32,352 bases of DNA from a virus: UHGV virus genome UHGV-0176217, one strand, 5' to 3'. The translations under genes were made by a program, and so were the position numbers. Under the pieces are notes generated by a model. That model did not search any database. It saw only the letters and a program-made list of their open reading frames with translations, and was not told the origin of the DNA. Numbering within the stretch: position 1 is the stretch's first letter; each line of letters starts with the position of its first letter. This document shows positions 1-8,569 of the stretch, in pieces.

Positions 1-49
1 TGCAATGCGGGTTTGCGCGGCACGCAAGACCACTGAAAGCCATAATAAA

Positions 50-1063
50 CTACCCTACTGTGGACACTGTGTGGACACTCTGAGAGCCAACACCACCACG
101 TAGAGGATTAAGCGTTATCGCGTCCTGTAGGTACTCAGGGGCGAAGTGCGCATATGTCATTGTCTGCTCAATTCTTGAATGCCCAAGTATTCTCTGAAGC
201 GTGATAATGTTGCCTCCGTTTATCATAAAGTGCGTGGCGAAGCTGTGCCGCAATGCGTGCGTAGCCTGACCCGGTGGTAGGTCGGGTTTCAGCTCCTTCA
301 TTAGCCGTCTGAACGCGGGATAGTTAGCATCAGTGAACAGATAGCCACGCTTACCCGTTGTGATCATTGTTGCCAGTTCCTCGGATATAGGAACGGTTCG
401 CGGCTTGTTGGTTTTTGTCTTAACGAAAGTGACGCGATTTTGAATGATATTTTCCGCTTTCAGTTTTGCTGCCTCACTCCATCTCGCGCCGGTGCTAAGG
501 CAAAGAATCGCAATTTTTTTATTATCACCGTCCACTTTTGACAGCAGAAGCGCGATCTCCTCTTGCGTCAGGTAGCCGGTTTCTGGCTTATCCTCTTTGA
601 GTCTTTTAAGACCTCGGAAAGGATGCTCCCCGAAAAATAGCTCCGCATCTATCAACGCGGTAAACATCCCGCTAAGACACGTTAAATCACGATTTATACT
701 CGATGGCTTGATGCCTTGAGAACGCCGCACAGTGCTGTATTGGCTTATCAATGACTTAGTAATCTGAAAGGCACAAGGGTCACTGGTTATCTTTGTGAAC
801 AACTCTATCTTGCCCAGGTAATCTCGGCCGTGAGTTTCATGCTTGCCTTTCAGCTCCCACCAGATTTTTGTTAGCTCTGACAGATGCCGCTTATCTGTCG
901 GTTTCGCCAACCATTCTTTGTTGTGATGGTTGTACTGGGTATGCTTCTCGAAAGCGATAGCTTCGCTTTTCTTGTCAAATTTCCTGCGGATGCGCTTTCC
1001 GTTGCGCCCTGCAGGTCTAATGTCCACTTCATAACGACCATCATCGAGCTTTTTAACAGACAT
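50..1063 (-). CDS. int: Tyrosine integrase (P2 Int-like)
   Basis: 337 aa from ATG at 1063 (the ORF-track start at 1096 is TTG); GGGAGG RBS upstream; C-terminal R..HxxR..Y-type region (ALRHSFATHF, LGHS, MTYAHF); position next to C repressor. Confidence 0.9.
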   Translation of the reverse strand: MSVKKLDDGRYEVDIRPAGRNGKRIRRKFDKKSEAIAFEKHTQYNHHNKEWLAKPTDKRHLSELTKIWWELKGKHETHGRDYLGKIELFTKITSDPCAFQITKSLISQYSTVRRSQGIKPSSINRDLTCLSGMFTALIDAELFFGEHPFRGLKRLKEDKPETGYLTQEEIALLLSKVDGDNKKIAILCLSTGARWSEAAKLKAENIIQNRVTFVKTKTNKPRTVPISEELATMITTGKRGYLFTDANYPAFRRLMKELKPDLPPGQATHALRHSFATHFMINGGNIITLQRILGHSRIEQTMTYAHFAPEYLQDAITLNPLRGGVGSQSVHTVSTVG

Positions 1064-1159
1064 AAAGCCTCCCGATGATGTTACTGCGTACTTCAATTTC
1101 CTGATTTAAATAACAAAAACTCACCGTGCATTTACTGCACAGATAAGCACCGTAAATGG

Positions 1160-1456
1160 TTAGCCAGTTTTCTGGTCTGAGTGGGGTGACGTTGTTGTCT
1201 GCTGCCCAAAGTGCGCGAGAGCCGGTGCAATCTGCCCAGCTTCTGGTGATATCGTCTCAGTCATGAACCACATGGTATATTTTTTGAACTGTGGATGATT
1301 CAAAATCTTCATCACTGCTTGTATGCCCATATCTTTTACTCCCTTCTCATAACTAGAAAGAGAGCTATACGGAACTCCAGTTAAGTCACTGAATTCTTTT
1401 CTATTCATACGTTCCGACTCACGCATGATGGCCAGCTTCTCGTTGACGGGTATCAT
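1160..1456 (-). CDS. C: Immunity repressor C (P2 C-like HTH)
   Basis: 98 aa from internal ATG (MIPVNEK...); C-terminus ...QIAPALAHFGQ..TTSPHS.QKTG matches P2 C as I recall it; divergent from cox. Confidence 0.8.
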   Translation of the reverse strand: MIPVNEKLAIMRESERMNRKEFSDLTGVPYSSLSSYEKGVKDMGIQAVMKILNHPQFKKYTMWFMTETISPEAGQIAPALAHFGQQTTTSPHSDQKTG

Positions 1457-1539
1457 CGTAATTAACACTCCACTATTGATAGAAAAATGATAACGGAGTA
1501 ATCTTTGCTTCGTTACCGCAGATTTATGGCTCCAATATG

Positions 1540-1569
1540 GCAATTAAAAGCCATTAGGAGCAATTAAAA
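1540..1569. promoter_or_regulatory. Direct repeat GCAATTAAAA x2 (20 bp apart) in the C/cox switch region; candidate operator or cox-box
   Basis: Exact 10-mer at 1540-1549 and 1560-1569, just upstream of the cox start. Confidence 0.35.
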
Positions 1570-1591
1570 CACTAACGAGGAATAGTCACAA

Positions 1592-1867
1592 ATGAATAGG
1601 GTCATTGAGAGCGCGAGCGACGCGGTTCCGTATCAGGAGTTTGCGCGTCTTATTGGTAAAACCCCTGCTGCTGTCAAAGGGATGATTGAGAAAGGCAAAC
1701 TACCGATAGTTGAGATGACTGATCCGCAGTCTACAAGTGGGAGAGCAGGGGAATACTGGGTATATCTGCCAGCATGGAACAAAGGCATGAAGATGGCCTA
1801 TGACAGTCGCCCTAAAGAAATTCGTGATGGTTGGTTGATGTGGTTGGGATTAGGTGAACCAGCATAA
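1592..1867 (+). CDS. cox: Cox (excisionase / early repressor of Pc)
   Basis: 91 aa; ...PYQEFARLIGK...GKLP...MTDPQS.SGRAGEYWVYLPAWN...RPKEIRDGWLMWLGLGEP closely matches P2 Cox from memory; GAGGA RBS. Confidence 0.9.
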   Translation: MNRVIESASDAVPYQEFARLIGKTPAAVKGMIEKGKLPIVEMTDPQSTSGRAGEYWVYLPAWNKGMKMAYDSRPKEIRDGWLMWLGLGEPA

Positions 1868-1877
1868 GGAGCCAGAA

Positions 1878-2048
1878 ATGAAAGAGCCACGTTGTATAGC
1901 TCAGTTACTGCGTAACGAAAGTCCACGCCCGATGAAGTTCAACATCACTCATGGTAAAGGGCGTAAAGGCATCATCATCCGCACTCGCAAGCCTGGATTT
2001 ATTGCTATGGCTAAACGCTTTATGAAATCCCGAGGGATATCGTTATGA
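1878..2048 (+). CDS. Small basic hypothetical protein (P2 orf78 position)
   Basis: ATG with AAGGAG RBS 6 nt upstream; stop overlaps the B start. Confidence 0.5.
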   Translation: MKEPRCIAQLLRNESPRPMKFNITHGKGRKGIIIRTRKPGFIAMAKRFMKSRGISL

Positions 2049-2545
2049 CGGTTATGACTCTTGCATTAGTTCAAAAACAACCTGCAGCTCTACGCGTCGT
2101 TATAGGAAAGCATCTTGCGGAACCTCGCTGGCACGATACCTGTGATTTTTATAATCAGATGATGGAGCGTGACCGCTTGACTGTCTGTTTTCATGCTCGG
2201 TTAAAACAGCGTCACGCAGTAATGCGCTTTGAAGAAATGAATGATGTCGACCGCGAACGTCTGGCTTGTGCTATCGATGAGCTGCGCGCTGCTTTTTCAA
2301 AACGTCGTCAGGTTGGCGCAAGTGAATCTGCATATATTAGTTTTCTAACTGTGGGTCAGCGCCGCTCTTTATTTCTACACGCGGGATTGAGTGAGGTCGA
2401 GTTCAATCAGCCTTACTGGCGCATTGACGAAGATGCTTGTTATTGGCGAGAGAAACTATTCCGCGCTTTGCGTGAGCTTTTTGGGTTATTTGAACACGCG
2501 CCAACGATATTAACCTCGGTAAAGCCTGAGCAGTATTTACATTAA
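2045..2545 (+). CDS. B: Replication protein B (helicase-loader-like)
   Basis: 166 aa; MTVMTL...KQPAA...PRW.DTCD.YNQMMER.RLTVCFHA.LKQRHA...FNQPYWRIDE...PTILTSVKPEQYLH matches P2 B as recalled. Confidence 0.9.
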   Translation: MTVMTLALVQKQPAALRVVIGKHLAEPRWHDTCDFYNQMMERDRLTVCFHARLKQRHAVMRFEEMNDVDRERLACAIDELRAAFSKRRQVGASESAYISFLTVGQRRSLFLHAGLSEVEFNQPYWRIDEDACYWREKLFRALRELFGLFEHAPTILTSVKPEQYLH

Positions 2546-2611
2546 TTAATCTGGATTCGTTCTATTACACGCCTTACTGCGTGGGGATTCCTTTTGTCTG
2601 GAGATAGGCAA

Positions 2612-2830
2612 ATGCATAAACAAAATAAAGTGCCGACGTGTGTGCTCTCGGTACATCTGGCGCAAGCGTTGCGCGATGCGCAGCTCGATACCGCGACCCG
2701 TTTATCCTCTCATTTTGATCGCCTAATTGCGCACATCAGTAAGTCAGAACTCAACCGCACCGAGATCATCGAGCTATTGGGGCAAGAGTCCGAAAAATTG
2801 CACAACTCAATTTTTCATTGTGCTTGCTAA
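2612..2830 (+). CDS. Hypothetical small protein (P2 orf80-83 region)
   Basis: ATG at 2612 with GGAGA RBS; the ORF-track start at 2594 is TTG. Confidence 0.5.
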   Translation: MHKQNKVPTCVLSVHLAQALRDAQLDTATRLSSHFDRLIAHISKSELNRTEIIELLGQESEKLHNSIFHCAC

Positions 2831-2852
2831 TCAATTTTAGAAGGAGACAAAA

Positions 2853-3128
2853 ATGAGTATCCGTATCGAGATAAATCATCAGTATGTAGTTACAAGCGAT
2901 CGCTACCAGTTCATTTTGCAGGAAAAGAAAGTGGCGACTGCTGGAAAAAATGAAGGTAGCGAATGGCTTGATACTGTCGGGTATTACCCGACGATTCAAA
3001 AACTGATTTCTGGTCTGGTGCTACATGACCTTTTAAATGGCGGTGCTGATAGTTTTGCGGCGTTGGGTGAGCAGGTCGAGCAGTTGGGACTGCAATGTCA
3101 GACCGCGTTTTGTGCTGATGGCCGTTGA
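2853..3128 (+). CDS. Hypothetical protein (P2 orf81/82 region)
   Basis: Strong AAGGAGA RBS; stop overlaps the A start. Confidence 0.6.
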   Translation: MSIRIEINHQYVVTSDRYQFILQEKKVATAGKNEGSEWLDTVGYYPTIQKLISGLVLHDLLNGGADSFAALGEQVEQLGLQCQTAFCADGR

Positions 3129-5409
3129 GACTCGGGGGCGTATTGCCCCCTCGCTAGCCCTGCCAATATCTAAGCGCACCGGCGATACTTTCGTTGGTGC
3201 TTATCCCTGGAATGCTCCCCGCGCTGCCATTGGCCGTGACAGACCCCTTACACGTGCCGAATTCCGTCAGGTGCAAGGTGTTTTATACCGGATTGACCGC
3301 CTGCCTTTCTTTCTTAAGACGTTGTTTACTTCCCGTTATAACTTCATTCGCCGCACAAAGAGCCCGCTCGGGGCGCTCTATTTCCTGAAAAACACCTTTG
3401 AGCGGAAGCTGTTGCCGCGTCTTGAGCGCGTTAACGAGCTGTGCGGGATGAATGAATCTGCGTCGATTGGTTTCTTGTCTGAGCATGACGAATATGCGCG
3501 CTTGCCTGATATGAATGACAAAGAGCTGAAAAAATTTGCGGCCAGAATTGCCGCGCAGCTCTGGCGTAAATACGAGGAACTCAGCGACGAATGGGCTGAG
3601 GCATTCGGCGGTAAAGAGACCCTTTTCACCGATGAGGCGCAGGTGCACATATATGGTCAGGTGGCTGGTGTTGCACGCGCGTTCAACTTAACCCCGCTCT
3701 ACTGGAAAAAATACCGTAAGGGTCAGATGACGATCCGCATGGCGTTTTCCGCTATTTCCCGTCTGATAAAAGATGATTGGTGGGTTAACCAGCTCAAGGC
3801 GCAGCGTATGCGCTGGCGTGAGGCGCTGCTTATCGCTGCCGGTGAAGTCAACAAAGACCGTTCACCTTACGCCAGCAAAATGGCGATCCGCGAGGTTCAC
3901 TCGCGCCGGCTGGCTAATCTCGAATACCTGAAATCCTGTGAGCTGGAAAACAAAGTTACCGGCGAACGTATCGACCTCATCAGTAAAGTCATGGGGAGTA
4001 TTTCAAACCCTGAAATACGCCGTATGGAGCTGATGAATACCATTGCCGGAATTGAACGCTATGCGGCCAGCGTTGGTGATGTGGGAATGTTTATCACGCT
4101 GACCACGCCGTCGAAGTATCACCCGACCCGACAGGTCGGCAAAGGTGACAGCAAAACGGTGCAGCTCAATCACGGCTGGAACGAAACCGCATTCACCCCT
4201 AAAAACGGCCAGCGCTATCTGTGCCGAATCTGGAGCCTGATGCGTACCGCTTTCAAAGATAACGATTTGGAAGTGTATGGGATGCGCGTTGTCGAGCCGC
4301 ACCACGACGGCACGCCACACTGGCATATGATGCTTTTTTGCAAACTCGGTCAGCGTAAAGCTATCAACGAAATTATGCGTCGTTATGCCCTCAAAGAGGA
4401 CGGACACGAAAAGGGCGCGGCAAAACAGCGCTTTGAGTCGCGTCACCTTAATCAGGGGGGCGCGGCGGGTTATATCGCCAAATACATTGCCAAAAATATC
4501 GACGGCTACGCGCTTGACGGTCAGCTCGATCACGATACCGGCAAACCTCTGAAAGATACGGCCGCAGCCGTAACCGCATGGGCGTCTACATGGCGTATCC
4601 CTCAGTTTAAACCGATTGGCCTCCCGACAATGGGCGCTTACCGCGAACTGCGTAAGCTGCCGCGCGGGGTGAGTATCGCCAGCGAGTTTGACGACCGTGT
4701 CGAGGCCGTCCGGGCTGCTGCAGATGAGGGGGAATTTGACCTGTACATCAGCGCGCAGGGTGGGGCAAACATGCCGCGTGATGCTCAGGTGGTCAGGGTC
4801 GCCCGTAAGGTGACGGATGAGGTAAACGAATACGAGGAGGATATCGAGAAAGTGGTCGGTATTTATGCCCCTCATCTTGGGGCGAGCCGCGTACATGTAA
4901 CCCGTACAGCGGAATGGCGCATAGTTCCAAAGGTTTTGGCCGTTGAGCCTTTGACCTTAAAAAGCGGCGCTGCCGCGCCTCGGAGTCCTGTCAATAACTG
5001 TGGAAAGCTCACCGACGGTGATACTCCAGTTATGACACCCACACCGTCTGAGCAAGCCGCAGCGGTGTTAAATCTGATTGAGCGCGGAGTTATCGGATGG
5101 AATGAGCCAGACGTCATGAAGGCGCTTAACGGTGCGTTAAGAGCTGGCATCCCTCGCAAAAATCGCCAGCAAAGAAGCAATGCGCTACTCAAAACGAGTG
5201 AGCAAGCTCCATCAGCCAGGATGACAAAACCAGAAAGGGATCGCGTGGCGAAAATTCGTTTCGATTTGGCTCAGGAGGGCATTACCCCGGAACGGTGGGA
5301 GCTCGAAGCGCTGGTGCGTGGGGCAACGGTGATTTATGGCGATAAAAAATTCAAATACGCGGCTGCTGATGAGTGGCCGGGATTCTCAATTCAAGAGGAG
5401 TGGAAATAA
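3118..5409 (+). CDS. A: Replication initiation endonuclease A (rolling-circle Rep, HUH superfamily)
   Basis: 763 aa from ATG at 3118 (MAVETRG...); HUH-like motif TPHWHMMLF; paired active-site tyrosines in GYIAKYIAKN; N-terminus matches P2 A as recalled. Confidence 0.9.
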   Translation: MAVETRGRIAPSLALPISKRTGDTFVGAYPWNAPRAAIGRDRPLTRAEFRQVQGVLYRIDRLPFFLKTLFTSRYNFIRRTKSPLGALYFLKNTFERKLLPRLERVNELCGMNESASIGFLSEHDEYARLPDMNDKELKKFAARIAAQLWRKYEELSDEWAEAFGGKETLFTDEAQVHIYGQVAGVARAFNLTPLYWKKYRKGQMTIRMAFSAISRLIKDDWWVNQLKAQRMRWREALLIAAGEVNKDRSPYASKMAIREVHSRRLANLEYLKSCELENKVTGERIDLISKVMGSISNPEIRRMELMNTIAGIERYAASVGDVGMFITLTTPSKYHPTRQVGKGDSKTVQLNHGWNETAFTPKNGQRYLCRIWSLMRTAFKDNDLEVYGMRVVEPHHDGTPHWHMMLFCKLGQRKAINEIMRRYALKEDGHEKGAAKQRFESRHLNQGGAAGYIAKYIAKNIDGYALDGQLDHDTGKPLKDTAAAVTAWASTWRIPQFKPIGLPTMGAYRELRKLPRGVSIASEFDDRVEAVRAAADEGEFDLYISAQGGANMPRDAQVVRVARKVTDEVNEYEEDIEKVVGIYAPHLGASRVHVTRTAEWRIVPKVLAVEPLTLKSGAAAPRSPVNNCGKLTDGDTPVMTPTPSEQAAAVLNLIERGVIGWNEPDVMKALNGALRAGIPRKNRQQRSNALLKTSEQAPSARMTKPERDRVAKIRFDLAQEGITPERWELEALVRGATVIYGDKKFKYAAADEWPGFSIQEEWK

Positions 5410-5873
5410 TGAGCAAAATCCATGAGTTAAAAATTGCACCTGAGCATTTTAACGCTGTGATATCTCAGGAAAAACGTGCTGAATTTCGTCTCAATAACCG
5501 CGATTATTCTAGCGGTGATATTCTCGGGTTGCATGAATGGGAACCGGTAAACGGATATACCGGGAAACGTGTATCAGTGAGGGTGACATACGTTACTGAT
5601 TTATCTGAATGGGCGGAAAATTATGTGATGCTGAGTTTTCAGTTAATGATGCCAGATGTCAAGTGCGGTATGTCCCTAATGAACTGGAAAGAGTTAAGCG
5701 AGAAGGGGCTTGTTTTCAGAATTAATCACGAAATTCTACACCCGTTAGGGCTGGCTATTGGATTTGAAACACTTAACGGCGTTTCGGGGGGGGCTTATGT
5801 CGCTTGTGATGGTGTCTGGCAATATTCCGACAAGCTGGTCGCAGATGCTAAAAAAAATGGGTGGTTAAAATGA
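5409..5873 (+). CDS. DUF3850 / ASCH-PUA-like domain protein with ~65 aa C-terminal extension
   Basis: N-terminus HELKI.PEHF.AV.S..K.AEFR.N.RD...GD.L.L.EWEP is the DUF3850 signature; start overlaps the A stop; occupies the tin/old position. Confidence 0.7.
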   Translation: MSKIHELKIAPEHFNAVISQEKRAEFRLNNRDYSSGDILGLHEWEPVNGYTGKRVSVRVTYVTDLSEWAENYVMLSFQLMMPDVKCGMSLMNWKELSEKGLVFRINHEILHPLGLAIGFETLNGVSGGAYVACDGVWQYSDKLVADAKKNGWLK

Positions 5874-6094
5874 GTCATATGCGAATGATGCCAGTGCCGC
5901 CCGTACATTCAACGCAAAACATTAAGCTGATGGCCGTCGTGCATCGCCTGCAACAAATTATGATTAACGAGAATCTGACCCCTGACGAACTGGTCGGGTG
6001 TGCCGGTGTCGTCCGGGATAATCACCGCAAATACAGCGATATCAGCAATCCGAAAATTGAGGCGTTTCGGCCATCAAATATGGCGAAGCCATAG
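5870..6094 (+). CDS. Small hypothetical protein, translationally coupled (ATGA overlap)
   Basis: ATG at 5870 overlaps the TGA of the upstream gene; no recognisable motif. Confidence 0.35.
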   Translation: MSHMRMMPVPPVHSTQNIKLMAVVHRLQQIMINENLTPDELVGCAGVVRDNHRKYSDISNPKIEAFRPSNMAKP

Positions 6095-6376
6095 CAAACG
6101 CCGCCGGTGCTGAAACTTGTTTTCAGTGCCAGCGGGGTTGACCAACGAGCCCCGCGAGGCGTTAGCCTGTCCCGTAGAGATCACCCCCAACCGGAACGAT
6201 TAAAGCAGGTTTTATTATGCCATTTTCCCACAATTTCCCGGTTTTTTAGCCGTGCATGCAACAGGTGCATTGTTTTGCATGCGTTGGGGATGCCCGTTCT
6301 GGCCGTGCGCCGCCAGAGCTAGCGCGGATCCAGAGTGGTCATGCAACTGCATTAAAACCGACCCATAAAGCGGGCA

Positions 6377-6395
6377 GGCGAGGCGGGGATAGCAT
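6377..6395. other. P2/P4-type cos site (19-nt cohesive-end sequence)
   Basis: GGCGAGGCGGGGATAGCAT followed by TGCGCGCTGA; near-identical to the P2/P4 cohesive end GGCGAGGCGGGGAAAGCAC TGCGCGCTGA as I recall it. Confidence 0.55.
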
Positions 6396-6484
6396 TGCGC
6401 GCTGAGGGGTTTTAAATTTCATTTTTTTTAGTATTATCAAAAAGAATAATTCAGAATTATCTCAAAAAAGGCAAGGGGCACAAT

Positions 6485-7816
6485 ATGGTGATTAATGAAG
6501 TTAGACGGATAGGTAGTGGCGGTTTTGGTAATGTTGATTTAGTGCAAGATGTCCTTAGCGGAAAGCAATTCGCTAGGAAAACATTTTCTATAAATCAAGC
6601 TCAACCGCTGCCTCCTGATTTGGCAGAGAATGTAAAAAAAAGATTTATAAGAGAGGCAAACGTACAGTATAGACTTACGCATAAAAATATTGTACCTGTC
6701 CTTTTTAAAGATCTAAATAGTAACCCTCCATCTTTCCTTATGCCAGTAGCAGCATCTAGCCTTGATAAAGATATTGCGCAAAGTAGAAACTTGAATGGAT
6801 TATTTTTAAGAGCAATAATGGATATTTTGTCTGGACTCGAAGAATTGCACACGTTGCAAATTTATCATCGTGATCTCAAACCACAAAATGTGCTTAGATT
6901 TGATTCAAGTGAAGGTCCATATTACGCTATTAGCGACTTTGGCCTGATGTCAGTAAAAGATACTCAAATTTCAGCACTAACCCATACAGGTATGAAAATG
7001 GGTTCTGATTACTACACCGCACCTGAAATTGTTTCAGATCTTAGAAAAGCTAGTATTGCTTCAGATATTTATTCTTTGGGGTGTATACTGCATGACTTTG
7101 TAGGCACGGATGAAAGAATTCCTTGTGGTGAAATTAATAATGATTCGAGCGCATATGCGCATATTTTACGGGTTTGTACTCGTAGAGATCCTTCAAGAAG
7201 ATTTCCAAGTGTTGCAGCATTAAGGGATGCAATTCTTAGTATTGATCCTTCTACAGTAATACATCTCTCTGCTGAGGTTGGAACATATACTACAGCATTA
7301 GATAGTGACGCCGGAATTAATGTTGAAACATGGAGGGAAATAATCAATTTCGTAGAGGATAATATTGGACAAGAAAACTCCAAGGTGATATTTCAGCGTC
7401 TAACTTTAAACAGGATTAATGAGATAATCGCTCATGATACCACGCTAGCTTGTCGTCTTGGTGAAGCATATGGTCGTTGGGTTGCGGATGGAGTATTTTC
7501 ATTCGAACAGTGTGATGGGATTTGCACTCGTCTCGAACAATTTTTACAACTTCACGATTTGAACTGTAAAGCCGAAATTATTATAGCTATGCTTCTTATG
7601 GGAACGTCGCATAATCGTTGGTATGTCGAGAGACGCTTCATGAGCGTGGCAGGGCACGACATGACTCCAGAACTGGCTAAAAGGCTTGCTTTGGAAATGA
7701 GCATACTTGAGGGTAGAATGTGTGCAGCGGTGAGTCATCTCCAAAGATCAATTGGTGCCACACCTGATATGCTTCATCCTGAACTTTTCGCAATGATACA
7801 AAGAGTATGCCATTGA
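6485..7816 (+). CDS. Eukaryotic-like (Hanks-type) Ser/Thr protein kinase with ~170 aa C-terminal domain of unknown function
   Basis: Gly loop GSGGFGNV; FARK lysine; conserved Glu (REANVQY); catalytic loop YHRDLKPQNVL; DFG (ISDFGLM); APE (YTAPEIV); DIYSLGCIL; AT-rich gene; RBS AAGGGG. Confidence 0.85.
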   Translation: MVINEVRRIGSGGFGNVDLVQDVLSGKQFARKTFSINQAQPLPPDLAENVKKRFIREANVQYRLTHKNIVPVLFKDLNSNPPSFLMPVAASSLDKDIAQSRNLNGLFLRAIMDILSGLEELHTLQIYHRDLKPQNVLRFDSSEGPYYAISDFGLMSVKDTQISALTHTGMKMGSDYYTAPEIVSDLRKASIASDIYSLGCILHDFVGTDERIPCGEINNDSSAYAHILRVCTRRDPSRRFPSVAALRDAILSIDPSTVIHLSAEVGTYTTALDSDAGINVETWREIINFVEDNIGQENSKVIFQRLTLNRINEIIAHDTTLACRLGEAYGRWVADGVFSFEQCDGICTRLEQFLQLHDLNCKAEIIIAMLLMGTSHNRWYVERRFMSVAGHDMTPELAKRLALEMSILEGRMCAAVSHLQRSIGATPDMLHPELFAMIQRVCH

Positions 7817-8517
7817 TTAATAAATTTGCTTACACATCTCCGGGACCTAGAAGCCACAACCAAGACTCTATCTTGGTTGAGATTTTACCCAGCGCTGATT
7901 TGTTATGTGGCGTTGCGGATGGTGTCGGCGGGAATTTGGGGGGAGAAACAGCCTCTCAATTAGCACTGGACATTATTGCTGCGGCCATGCGTTCGGATAG
8001 TAGCATCTCTCTTCTCGAAGCCATAACCCGAGCTGATGAAGCGATCAAAGATGCTGCTCAGAAAGATGGAAAATTGGCTGGAATGGCAAGTACTGTGACT
8101 GTAACAAAGCTTATCGGGAATAAATTGATAGGAGCCAATTGTGGAGATTCTCGGACTTATCTATTAAGAGGAAGTGGCGTCAAACAACTTTCCTATGATC
8201 ACAGTGAAGTAGCTCGTCTACTACGTGAAGGTAAGCTGACGAAAGAGACTGCAGTTGATTACCCTCGTAAGAACATTCTTGATAGTGCCCTTGGTGCACA
8301 CAAGCCTCTACAAGTCCATGAATTTGAATGTAATTTACAGATAGGTGATAGAATAGCTTTGCTATCTGACGGGGTTTCGTCAGTTGTGAGCAAAAAAGAT
8401 TTCCGAGATCTTTCAGTGAAATATAATTCGTTAAATGAGTATGGTGCTAGTGTAATAGAGCTTGTTGAGAGTAGAGAGACTAGGGATAATTATTCATTGA
8501 TTATTTTTGAAATTTAG
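7807..8517 (+). CDS. PP2C-family (PPM) Ser/Thr phosphatase
   Basis: Motifs SHNQDS, ADGVGG, CGDSRTYL, LLSDGVSS; start overlaps the kinase stop by 10 nt. Confidence 0.85.
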   Translation: MPLINKFAYTSPGPRSHNQDSILVEILPSADLLCGVADGVGGNLGGETASQLALDIIAAAMRSDSSISLLEAITRADEAIKDAAQKDGKLAGMASTVTVTKLIGNKLIGANCGDSRTYLLRGSGVKQLSYDHSEVARLLREGKLTKETAVDYPRKNILDSALGAHKPLQVHEFECNLQIGDRIALLSDGVSSVVSKKDFRDLSVKYNSLNEYGASVIELVESRETRDNYSLIIFEI

Positions 8518-8529
8518 TTTTGTAATATA

Positions 8530-8558
8530 GGTGCGTTATTTAAAATGACGCACCTTTT
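8530..8558 (+). terminator. Intrinsic terminator after the kinase-phosphatase operon
   Basis: Stem GGTGCGT / ACGCACC with 11-nt loop, then TTTT. Confidence 0.5.
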
Positions 8559-8569
8559 CTCATTTTGTT

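Noticed and set aside
60-80. Direct repeat TGTGGACACT x2 near the left edge, considered as an att core
   Set aside because: It lies inside the 3' coding end of int and no matching copy was seen beyond ogr; att sites cannot be assigned without the empty host site.
3037-3117. Upstream ATG giving a 790-aa version of A
   Set aside because: It overlaps the preceding gene for 90 nt; the ATG at 3118 gives a P2-A-like N-terminus (MAVETRG...) and correct size.
4003-4896. 297-aa minus-strand ORF inside gene A; similar long antisense ORFs at 11422-12306, 14336-15076, 19221-19748, 20293-20988 and 27788-28315
   Set aside because: All lie wholly antisense to well-supported GC-rich phage genes, have no RBS and no recognisable motifs; long antisense ORFs are expected in GC-rich coding DNA.
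6601-7744. Three minus-strand ORFs (83, 104, 66 aa) inside the kinase gene
   Set aside because: Antisense to a kinase ORF with a complete motif set; low-complexity AT-rich translations; no RBS.
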